DNA of 64,000 nt from Eledone cirrhosa. Lineage: Eukaryota. The stretch is from contig OZ024746.1 of NCBI GenBank assembly GCA_964016885.1, positions 4,836,001-4,900,000 on the forward strand, read 5' to 3'. A model generated the notes under the pieces. The model searched no databases and was not told the DNA's origin. It saw only the letters and a program-made list of their open reading frames with translations. Position 1 is the stretch's first letter. Each line of letters begins with the position of its first letter. Below, one piece after another: positions 28,551 through 39,110 of this stretch. The position numbers and the translations under genes are program-made.

Positions 28551-29160
28551 TATGTCAGGTCACCACTTGGTGCTACTGGTAACATGTATCCCAGTACAAC
28601 CTGTCTCATGGTCGGGTCGTTGGCGACTAAACTGGCAACCCCACCAAGGTTTCTTGGTGAGGAGGGTGATTTTGGACATCCTGCAGGACTAAAAACAAAA
28701 CCTGTCAAAGGGCAAAGGAGCTCTTAAGAGTCAATGGCCATCCAAAATCACTGGGAGAGATGACCCCTTAGCCTTTGTCAAGGCAGAATTCTAGAAGGAA
28801 AACTCTGATATAACACCTGCAACCCTGATGGTATCCAATGATGTTGACTTGTTCTTCTTTTTGGTAAATATCATCTTGGTTAAGAGAGTGGGACTGGCTT
28901 TGTGCACTGCCTTTGCTCACTATAAAAGCTTCACGGCACAGGCATTGCTTTATATCTGGAGATCTCTCTGCACTTGTCGTCACATGGTACCATGGGCCCA
29001 GCACTATGTGTCAATAATTGTCACAAGTGTAGTGTTTGTACCAGAGTTTTCAAGTCGCTGGCTGGACTAAAAAGTCACACTCGTTCAGCGCATCGGTAGG
29101 GGTTCTCCTACATGGATATAAAGTAGTGGCCGTACTCGAAAACGAGTTGGCAGCCACCAT
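28551..29160 (+). mobile_element. Bipartite (5'UTR + 3' end) non-autonomous RTE derivative
   Basis: The 5' part has the RTE 5'UTR-type motif CTAGAAGGAAAACTCTGA. The 3' part encodes a terminal C2H2 finger CSVCTRVFKSLAGLKSHTRSAHR* (~29028-29099), then a 3' hairpin GTGGC..CTCG AAAA CGAG..GCCAC before (TA)n. Confidence 0.7.
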
Positions 29161-29375
29161 ATATATATATATATATATACACACACGGTGTGGAAACTCT
29201 TACAACAGGGAAAGCAGGACATTCAATGATGATGAAGATGTTAAATCTTTCATTGTGTGTATGTATATATATATATACACGCATATACATATAAATATAA
29301 AAATATATATATTTAAGGGCGGTGTCCCAGCATGGCCTCAGCCGGATGGCTGAAACAGGTAAAAGAGTAAAAGAG

Positions 29376-29408
<33 letters not shown>

Positions 29409-29421
29409 TATACATATAAAA

Positions 29422-29456
<35 letters not shown>

Positions 29457-29844
29457 TATAAATATAAAAATATATATATATAAATATATATATATACACA
29501 CATATACACCCGACCTCCCATGGGTACATGCTGAAGCATATAAACAATATGCCCCCCCCCCCCCCCCCCACCGCAAGGTGGTCGTGGAGGTGCCACGGCA
29601 AAAAAGCACCCAGCCCACACTGTAAAGTGGACGTGTAGGCGCCACGAAAAAGCACCCAGCACTCACTGTAAATGAGGTTGGTGTTAGGAAGTGATTTTTC
29701 ATTACATCTCTTCTTTCCATGATATCCGGAATACATTGAGTTCTTCATACGGATTGGACACTACCGTAAACTCTTGGTAGATTTATCTACATAAATATAT
29801 ATATATATAAATATATATATATATAAATATATATATATATAAAT

Positions 29845-31070
29845 ATTCATTCATTCATTCATTCATTCATCATCATTTTACGTCCGCTTTTCCCTGCTTG
29901 CAAGGGTGGGACGGGTCTTATTCAGCACAGCATCTCTCCACTCGTCACGGTCCCTCGTCATCTCCACCGTGAGCTTCAATGATCTGAGGTCTGTTCTCAC
30001 CACCTCCGCCCATGTTTTTCGTGGTCTACCTCTACCACGTCTTCCTTCAACTGGCATTTCCTGGCACTTCTTCACCCATCGGTCATCCTCCATGCGCATC
30101 ACATGTCCATACCACCTCAGTCTCCTCTCCCGTACACTACATTCTATCTCTCTCAACACATTTATGCTGGGTCGTTCACGCACATTTACACTGCACATCC
30201 AACGGAGCATGCTTGCCTCATTTCTCTCCAGCCGTCGCATATCTTCTGCGGTTGCTGCCCATGTCTCACTACCATGCAGCATCGTGCTCCTCACACAGGC
30301 ATCATACAACCGGCCTTTCGTACGCAGGGAGAAACCCTTCTTCGTCAACAGAGGAAGCAGCTCCCTAAACTTCTTCCAACCCGTCCTTATTCTAGATACT
30401 ATGGCCTCGGAACACCCTCCTCCCATGCTAATCTGATCTCCTAGGTACCGGAAGCTATCCACCACTTCTATAGCGCCCTCTCGCATTTGAAAAATGTGTC
30501 TATCAGTGCGACTTCTACTGTCTAATTTCCCTGTACATCTACTGCATACATATTTCTCCCTACCTGTTAGTTTGCCTGCTATCCCGCTACATCTCTTGTG
30601 TACCCAGGACCTACATTGTGTGCATTTTATAGAATTTATGCCAGTTCCTTTTCTGCATATCGAACATGGCCATTTCCCTGACGGAATCAGGGTTTTGTCC
30701 TCTTTTCTACTCATCAACACTTTTGTCTTAGCTAGATTTACTCTCAGTCCTCTTGCTTCCAACTGCTGTTTCCATAGCCGGAATTTATTCTCTAGCTCCT
30801 CTACTGATTCTGCCATAAGAGCCAGATCGTCAGCATAGAGAAGTTCCCATGGACAGCCAGTCTTAAACTCCTCTGTTATGGCTTGGAGGACTATAATGAA
30901 CAAGAGCGGGCTGAGGACCGAACCCTGATGTACTCCTACTTGTATCTGGAATTCCTCACTAAACTCCATTCCTACCCTGACTTTACTGAGAGTACCTCTG
31001 TACAAAGTTTGCACTGTCCTCACAAGCCATTCCTCAACACCCAGCTTCCTTAGGGACCACCAGATGACAG
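29845..31070 (-). mobile_element. Young 5'-truncated RTE LINE (RT domain to 3' end)
   Basis: Open ORF 31023-29878 with QGSVLSP and YADD RT motifs, a Cys-rich PHD-like insert and RTE C-terminal LRWYGHVMRM..GRPRKTW. (TGAA)n/(TGA)n tail; embedded in TA microsatellite. Confidence 0.97.
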
Positions 31071-31099
31071 ATATAAATATATATATATATAAATATATA

Positions 31100-31150
<51 letters not shown>

Positions 31151-31225
31151 ATTTATATATATATATATATAAACATAGAGCACTCTTCCCTCCTATGACT
31201 TTTTCAATTTTCAACGGAAACTTCA

Positions 31226-31263
<38 letters not shown>

Positions 31264-31308
31264 AAGTAAAATAAAAAGTCAAATGTTTAAAATTTAGCTT
31301 CGTTTATT

Positions 31309-31363
31309 ACTGCTATATATATTTCGGTGACAGCCATCTCTGGCTGTGACCTCTTCAGGCAGT
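31309..31363 (-). ncRNA. Minimal type I hammerhead ribozyme (Penelope-like-element type)
   Basis: Minus strand reads ACUGC CUGAAGA GGUCACAGCCA GAGA UGGCUGUCACC GAAA UAUAUA UA/GCAGU: intact CUGANGA/GAAA/UH core, 5-bp stem I, 10/11-bp stem II with a GNRA loop, palindromic AU stem III, and AATAAA immediately downstream. Confidence 0.85.
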
Positions 31364-31984
31364 CCGAATTTGTGTGGTATATTACTTTACTTTATTTTAC
31401 ATTACTCCGGAGTAACCAAACCAACTTGTGCACTTTGTCGAGTGCTCCAGCCTGCATGAGGTGTTGGTATACAACCAACATATACTCAAAATCTATATAC
31501 CTAAACTGCGATTCTGTTTTTCTCTCTCTCTCTCTTACTGCTCCCTCGTTCTCTCTGTTTCTCCTACTTTCGCCCCCTCTGTCATGTCAGTTAACTCTTC
31601 CTCACACTTCCACTCACTGTTTCTCCCCTTCTCACTTCACCCCGTTCGCGACGAATACATTTTCTTTCTTTCTCACATTTGGATTCATCTCGAAAGGTCT
31701 TTTTTCTAAGCGCTCATATATTCACCTAGCTTATGCTGACAGAATAACTATGTAGCTTGTTCCCTTCCTCTCTACGGTTAGCTTTCCTCTTTGTTGTTTA
31801 CTTGTCTCACTCGCTTTACACGTTTTAATTGTCCTAATAACTTAATTTAGTTATTATTGCACCGACGTGAGGTATATGATTTTTAATGCAATGAAATATC
31901 TATGATCGTCGGCAAATCACTGATGAGGGACTCATTTTATAATATGTTATCCATGTGCAACCTGCAGTATTCTTCTCCCCATTT

Positions 31985-32020
<36 letters not shown>

Positions 32021-32024
<4 letters not shown>

Positions 32025-32097
32025 GCGTGGCCGAGTGGTCTAAGGCGCTGGTTTTCGGCACCGGTCTCTTCAGGAGATGTGGGTTCGAATGCTGTTA
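32021..32097 (+). pseudogene. tRNA-Leu-derived pseudogene with TCG anticodon
   Basis: GTAGCGTGGCCGAGTGGTCTAAGGCG CTGGT TT TCG GC ACCGG TCTC TTCAG GAGA T GTGGG TTCGAAT is a Leu-type body with a long variable arm. The 3' strand of the T stem (CCCAC) is deleted before GCTGTTA. Confidence 0.85.
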
Positions 32098-32319
32098 TTT
32101 ACTTTTTATATATATATACATATATATATAAACATATATCAGAAGATCCTGTTAAGGGTGAAAGCAGCGATTCTTTGCTTAAACTTTGATCTGTTATGTT
32201 AATAAATATTTGCTCTAGGGGTCTTACATATTTGATATATATTTATCCTTATCGAGCCCTCTTTGGATTTTAATTTTCGCATTTATTATTATTACTATAT
32301 ATATATATATATATATAGG

Positions 32320-32750
32320 TTTCTTCCTACATAGAAAGGGAAGGCTGTATGATGCTGGTGTGCACTGCACAATGTTGCATGGTAGTGAAACATGGGCTGT
32401 GACTGCGGAGGGCATGTCTAGACTGGAGAGAAAGGAAACAACCATGCTTCATTGATGTGCAATGTGAGAAACAGGCAGAGCTTGGACGAGCTGAGAGAGA
32501 AGCTGGACTTAAGGAGAATCCAAGATGGTGTATAGGAGAGAAGACTGCACTGGTGTGGACATGTGATGTGTACGGACAATGACCGATGGGTGAAGAAATG
32601 CCAGGAAATCCCAGTGGAAGAAAACCATAATAGAGGACAATGAAGATAGACCTGGGCAGAGGAGATGAAGGGATGTGAACAGTGGAGAGATGATGTGCTG
32701 AGAAGGACCTGTCCAACCCATGCAAGCAGACATAAAAACGATGATGATGA
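32320..32750 (+). mobile_element. Degenerate RTE LINE 3' fragment
   Basis: Homologous to the 3' part of the RTE at 29845-31070; frameshifted, ending in a (GAT)n tail. Confidence 0.85.
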
Positions 32751-34210
32751 TATATACATATCATCATCACCGCTTTACGTCCGTTCTTCCACGTTAGCAT
32801 GGGTTAGACGGGTTGTCTTGTTGTGGGCAATGTCCAGTCGGCTGACCTTGTCTTGCTCATACGGGAACTGATTCTGGCTTGATTTCTACAGCTTGATGCC
32901 CTTCCTAACACCAACCTCATTTACAGTGTGGGCTGGGTGCTTTTTTGCCGTGGCACCTCCACGACCACTTTACAGTGGGAGCATATATACATGCATTTAT
33001 AAATGTATACATACATATATACATGCATATATACATACACATATACATATATATATACTCATTACTGACTCACGTCCACACATCCCACATATATAATTTA
33101 GGTGTCGTAGAAAAGATATAATTTATTGCAGAATATTCATGATAAAATATAAACTGGAGTAGTGTTTCTTAAAACTTTGACGTCGAGCTAAGACAACACG
33201 AGAGAGAGGAGGGGGGGTCAACAAAGCCATGAGAAAGTTGCTCAGACAGCGAAAAATGTTTCCCACGTGATCTGGTTTCCTAGACATACACATCCTTCAC
33301 AAGAAACAATATTTCAGTGAATGAATGAACGGCTTTCTGACAATTCCTTACCACCTTGTACAAGTGTCTTCACAAAAACCGTTGAATGACATGGACATCA
33401 ACAGAAAACCAGGTACTCTTGGGTCCCGAATAAACGCCCCCACCCACCGCTTATTAAATTTTGCTAATGTATCTCCGGCGAAATTTTATTTTAAGTGGTA
33501 GCATTCCTGCGACAATTTTCTTTAGACATTAAAAAACATTATACATGACAAAAAAAAAGTACATAACACTAAAAATTCCATACGTTATAAAATAAATAGC
33601 ATGGGTTTGAGGTCTCGATATGTAAACTAAACGACTAATTCTGGGGTTTTAAAAAGAATCAATGGAGACAACTAAAAAAAATTATCGACTTTTTGAAAGT
33701 TATAACTAAAACATAATTTCAGGCTAATATTTCCCCCACATTTCCTACTTTGGATCGTCCCTTGGCATTTCCACAGAAACTATTTTCAATATAAAAAGCA
33801 CTATACTTAGCACACCATTATAGAATAACCATTATTTGTATCAGAATTGTTAAAGCTTTGGGCAAATACTTAACGGTATATATACTTTCTGAGATTGATA
33901 AAATAAAATACTAGTCAAGTACTGGAGTCGGCTTTCTCCTCCCCCAAATTTCTGGCCTTGCGCTTATGTTAGAAATCCCTATTTTGCTCGAGTATCTTGC
34001 AAAAGGGCCCTTATTGACCACAGAAATATGAATGGAAGAGACAAGCTCGGCGGGATTTGCATATAAGTGTGTGTAGTAAAGAGAGAATCAGATTTAGTCA
34101 AGTTTCGAATGTGGAGTTCTGCTTTCAACTATTTACTATATTAAAAAAAAATTAACGGCATATAAAAAAGAACACTATTGCGAAACTATAAGCATTGATA
34201 ACATAAATAG

Positions 34211-34248
<38 letters not shown>

Positions 34249-34988
34249 CAGCTATGAACACATTAAGTTCAGATCCAATGTTCACCATCCATATAGAACG
34301 GCTTCCAAAACATTGCAGTCGATTTGTAATTTAGATAATTCATAGAATACAGAACGAAGGCTGCCAGAAGAATTACAAGACAAGCCTTTAGTAGTTAAAA
34401 CTGTTGCCGCCTGAGATTTCAATATTGGAATCAGTCTAGTATTAGATTTAGAAATGATTAAAATAGTCACTTTGCAACATATTTCCAGTGTTTTAAAGTA
34501 GAGAATTTAGAAAATGATCTCGTGTTTGTACCATTTCTGTTGTACACTAGAAACAAAATAGCAAACACAAATATGGAATGAACGTGTAGTTGTAGTGCAC
34601 CTGAGCACTGTACACAATACTTTCATTATTATTATTATTACTTTGTTTTTTGTTTTCTTCTAAAATTAGCCGAAATCGTGCGATTTTGCTTTCCTTTTCC
34701 GAATCAAAGGGGACACCCTACTAGAAATAGTAGCCAACTTTCACTTAAATCACATTAAGTACTGGCTTAAAAAAGGAAATACACATTAGATAATGTAGAC
34801 CTAAATACAGTATACCTGAAAATAAGATGGGATGGTCAGAGATGGAGCTTTTTGAAGGAAGGTTTGCTTAATTACAACCGATCTGAATATAAACAACTAC
34901 TTTACGTTTTCAGATTATTCTTTTAACATTGTTATTATTTGATTATAAACATTCCGTGACAAACTTTAGAATTTACCAAATTCTTCCT

Positions 34989-35087
34989 AAAATTGGAAGA
35001 GTTTGCTTTGTTAGATGCTGAACTAATCAGCACAGAAGACAGAAAAATCGATAGATCGGTGCACTTGACGTTCACATTTGAAGCAAA
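34989..35087. promoter_or_regulatory. Duplicated ~100-bp non-coding element, copy A
   Basis: TTGGAAGAGTTTGCTTTGTTAGATGCTG..TAATCAG..CGATAGATCGGTGCACTTG..TTCACATTTGAAGCAAA aligns with 36306-36406. The duplication is visible; the regulatory role is inferred. Confidence 0.5.
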
Positions 35088-35308
35088 ACATTATAGATTA
35101 TCATTGAATTCTTGTGATATTTATAGTTTTCTCCAAGAAAGTGATGTGAGGTGGAGAATGCACTGGTAAATGGAAAGAGGAGACCTCAAGTTATACAATT
35201 GGAACTGGTTGGGGAACGATTCTAGCTTATTTCCAACATCAAAGATGCGGTCAATAGAAGTGTAATAAAAGAAAAATAATTTAGAAAAGATCTTTAAAAA
35301 ATACTTAC

Positions 35309-35354
35309 CCCAAAGTGTGGCTAGATTAAGGAGGATGACAAAGTTTAGTTCCAT
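35309..35354 (-). CDS. Putative first coding exon (signal-peptide-like) of a secreted or membrane protein
   Basis: CAAAA ATG G context; MELNFVILLNLATLW + G followed directly by GTAAGTATTTTT (phase-1 donor at 35308). Non-repetitive, GC-richer upstream segment (~35355-35700) with pyrimidine tracts and possible acceptors. Confidence 0.6.
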
Positions 35355-36305
35355 TTTTGGTAGGTACTCCGAGTGGGAGAAGAACCGTTTACCATCAACA
35401 GAACCCGTGTGATTGGTTTGATGGCTTCACCACAACTTGTTCTGGTCTGTCCAAGTTAGACAAGTCCTTGTGAACAGAATGAAGCCAGTTAGGAAGAAGA
35501 CGTCATAGATTCACTGGGTGTTGGTTGGTCCTCGTTTAGCTGGCACTTCTAGGCAAACTAGCACAGAGCGTGCGTGGGTGCATGGGGGGGTCAGCTAGGC
35601 GAATCTCTCAGTCTTAAATTCAAGTAGAAAAGGAAGAAAGTTAATATTGTCACACACACGCAAAGAAAAAAAAAAGGAGAAAGAGAGAAATGAGGACATC
35701 TATAAAACAATGTTCGCGAGTTTTTATAGAAAAATGTTAAAAATATATTAATAAAAATAATAATTGCGTAAAGATAAACATGAAGAATAAATGAGATTAT
35801 TTTCATTTTCTTCTTTCAGTTCTATGAATGGTTTATAAGTAACCTCGAATATTATAGGATTAGAAAACAATTTTAAAATAAAACTCATTTCAAGTTCCTT
35901 CTTTTTACACCCCCCCCCCCACACACACACACACCTCTGCATGTGTGTGTGTGTATATATACATACATTATTTGGGAAATCTAGAGACATTCCAATTCCG
36001 AAGAAGAGTCAAAGAGTTGAGAGGGGGTAGGGGGAGATATATCTAAATATTTCATAGTATTGGAAAGAACAAGAGGGAAGAAAACGATTCCAAGTAGTAT
36101 AAGAGAAGTATAACATTATACACACACACATCACACACATATGTGTGTGTGTGCGCGCGTATGTGTGTAATAATAAAATAAACAGGATTAAATTACATTA
36201 AATTATTTAATCGATCTGCGAACGTTGTGTTATCAACTTGTCTAAACAATCTATATATATTATATGTATATATAAATTCGATACTTTTTTTAAATAAGTA
36301 TCGTT

Positions 36306-36406
36306 ATAAAGTTGGAAAACTTTGCTTTGTTAGATGCTTATCTTAATCAGAGCAAAAGGCTGAGAAGAAGCGACAGATCGGCGCACTTGTTCACATTTCA
36401 AGCAAA
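36306..36406. promoter_or_regulatory. Duplicated ~100-bp non-coding element, copy B
   Basis: TTGGAAAACTTTGCTTTGTTAGATGCTT..TAATCAG..CGACAGATCGGCGCACTTGTTCACATTTCAAGCAAA, a diverged copy of 34989-35087. Confidence 0.5.
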
Positions 36407-36672
36407 TTAAAGCTTAATCTTGATACCATAACATTAAGTGGCGTGCGTCTGCTTGCACAGCAGGTGCTCGTTTTTAAAGTAATTTTTTTTAATCATTGTA
36501 TGATAAATAAAAGTTTTATAATAATGTTTCATTTTTTTCTAATATCTAAATTCTCCAAACAAAATATTGGATAAAGAATGAATGAAAACTTAAAGTAAAC
36601 AGTTGCATCATAATGAAGCAATGTAATTTCTGGGTTGTTTCGTTGAAGAAGGCGAAATATTTTAGCACTCAC

Positions 36673-36783
36673 CTTTCTTGCCTTGGTCCGAATTGAAATA
36701 ATAATTGTTACTAAAAGGAAGTTATTTCTTCATGCTACTCTTTCGGTAGGCTTCCACCCTCTGAAATGTAGTTGAAACTTACC
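36673..36783 (-). other. Possible non-coding 5'UTR exon region with two strong donors
   Basis: Minus strand has CG|GTAAGT (GT at 36782) and AAG|GTGAGT (GT at 36672), with TTTCAG ending at 36761. All frames are closed; contains the uORF ATG AAG AAA TAA. Confidence 0.35.
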
Positions 36784-38756
36784 GCTATTTCGAAAAGAAA
36801 CAAAACTAAAATTAAAAACAATCTTTAGGTTATTTACAAATCATTATGAATTTAAAAGTGTGCATTCCTCGGTTAAATTAATAGCAGAAAAATGCGAGCA
36901 GATTTTATTTGAAACATTTTACTGGGAAAGCAAACTTTTAAAATCAGGGAGTATAAACATTTAACTGCACCGAAAAAGCACTCTTTAAGCAGTCACTAAT
37001 TGATGTTTTAATAAAAATTAAAGTAAACATAATTTTTGTATTTATTAATTAGGGGCTCTAATGTATTTTAATTCTTATATGCTTTGATTTTATTGAAGCA
37101 AAAGTTTGAAATCTGTATTTAGAAATATAATTTTAGAGATGTTGTCTTTGGTTAGAGACTATTATTCTAAACTTCCGTTAATAGTTTTCGTCCGCTCTTA
37201 CATGTGGATATCTGAAACTAACGTGAGTAGAAGTTTATTTAACTTCATAATTTACTCTACATAATATACTCAAACATACACACAATATATTTATTATATT
37301 TTAACATCGTGTTTAATTTATAATACCAATGTTTGTTTTTTATTTACTAATTCGTGTTGATATCTTTATCGTTAATTGATGATAGTTCTTCCCCCACCGA
37401 CAGCAACATGTGTGTATTATGACAACCAATATAAAAACAAACCATATCTCTTATATCACACACCTCTATTAACACAAGACAAATACTTTCTTTATTAAAT
37501 ATCTCTATTATGTCGCTTTCTTCCTTCCATTCAAAACAAGTTTATTTCGCTACGTGTAAATTGTGTTTCTAAAGAACTTTTTTCTCTCTTTTTTTTTTGT
37601 TTGTTTTCGTCCTTCGGAATAAACTCCGATGATGGATGTAAAACGTTGGTGTTTGTTTTCCCAAATCAAATACAACGACTGATAATCAATCAAAATATCA
37701 ATTCTTTCTGTTTTTTCAAAAGAAATTAAATCTTTATATGCTACTATGGATGTCAATCTAATATTGTATCGTGTTTGATAATATCTTATATATATACTTT
37801 ATATATTGACTTCAGTAGACTGGGATATCCACGCAAAATTCACCTCTAACATGTTTTCAATATTCATTCAAGGTGAAAGTGATTCTATTGAAAATCAGGT
37901 TTGGACAAATCCGAGCATATTATTGATACCTTAACAGACTTAATCTTTTTGTTACCAAATTTCTAATGAAAGACACTGCCTGCAATTTTCGAATAATTTT
38001 GAAAATAATCAAAAGCTTAGAAAGATGTAATAATATAACTAACTTTTTCATTAGCTTGATGTTTGGAGCTTAAAATAACAAATGTTCTTGGATAAATATA
38101 AACACTTTAAAACAAACAGTTTTGTATCGTGGAACGAAGGAGCGATTTTGTATGGAAAGGATTAAGTTGTATTTTCACTGCGTGGCTATCATCTTTCATA
38201 CTGACCATATGTGACTCTTGGACATTTTCAGGCTGAACTTGCTACCATTTACAAAATGTCAACATTACGTGATAAATGTGATGTTGACATTTGTTCAGGT
38301 TCCCTTCGATGTGTGTATAGGTTTGGCAACTGAGATTGGTGTAGTTCAAAATGTTTAGTTGAATTTCTGTAGTGTTGTGTTTGAAGAAAAGACATTGGCA
38401 GGGAAGAAGTTTTAAGTTTTAGTTGAAAGAAGGATTAGAAAAAATATTTTCTGTCTGAGAGAGAGGAGAGTTGATAACAGCGATTGTTATAGTAGGGGTA
38501 GTCGGTAAAATGAGGACAGAGTTTTATGTTGACCCTCTGTTATAAGCTCAAAATAAAGCTCTGTTGGAGAGGGAAGACATACCACTCAAACATATGAGGA
38601 AAGTTGGGCCAGGTGACTGTCTTGCTCACACAGAACTGTTTCTGGCTTGATTTCTACAGCTAGATGGCCCTGCCTATCGCCAACTACATTTACAGTGTGG
38701 ACTGGATGCTTTTTGTCGTGACCCCTACACGAATACTTTACAGTGTGGCCTAGATG

Positions 38757-38817
<61 letters not shown>

Positions 38818-38824
38818 GCGGACG

Positions 38825-39110
38825 ATATAAACCCGCCATTGGCTTTGATGACGGCCTCAAAGCGGCCTCGGAACTGGCTACAGGCCTTCGTCACTGTCCC
38901 CCTAAAGGCACTTGTGATCCTGGCCTTCAGATCGTCTTTCGTATTGCAGCTAGATCTGTTGGTGTCTCGTTCCACTGCGCCCCACACAAAGAAGTCGAGG
39001 GGGTTGCAGTCAGGCGAGCTGGGAGGCCAGAAGTCAGGTGAAGTGTGGTCGACGAAGTTCTCTGACAGCCAGGCTTGGGTCTTTCGGCTGGAGTTTTCTG
39101 TGTGATAGAA
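38825..39110 (-). mobile_element. mariner/Tc1 transposase C-terminal fragment (maT/DD37D-like)
   Basis: KTQAWLSEN..FWPPSSPDCNPLDFFVWG..ACSQFRGRFEAVIKANGGFI; next to (TA)n. Confidence 0.9.

Noticed and set aside
29906-30838. Plus-strand ORFs overlapping the RTE
   Set aside because: They are antisense shadows of the RTE coding sequence.
31919-31945. CTGATGAG on the + strand as a second hammerhead in the insert
   Set aside because: No matching stem II 3' strand or GAAA before the TA run; at most a truncated remnant.
32140-32190. Hammerhead-like CAGAAGA-TCCTGTTAAGGGT-GAAAGCA..TGCTT
   Set aside because: Core U4 is missing, the stem II register is off and there is no convincing stem I.
35026-35045. 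RE1/NRSE-like TCAGCAC....GACAG
   Set aside because: Central positions mismatch, it is absent from the second copy, and REST is not expected in this inferred lineage.
37628-37685. C/D box snoRNA candidate (ATGATGG...CTGA)
   Set aside because: The C box is imperfect, there is no terminal stem and no recognisable guide sequence.
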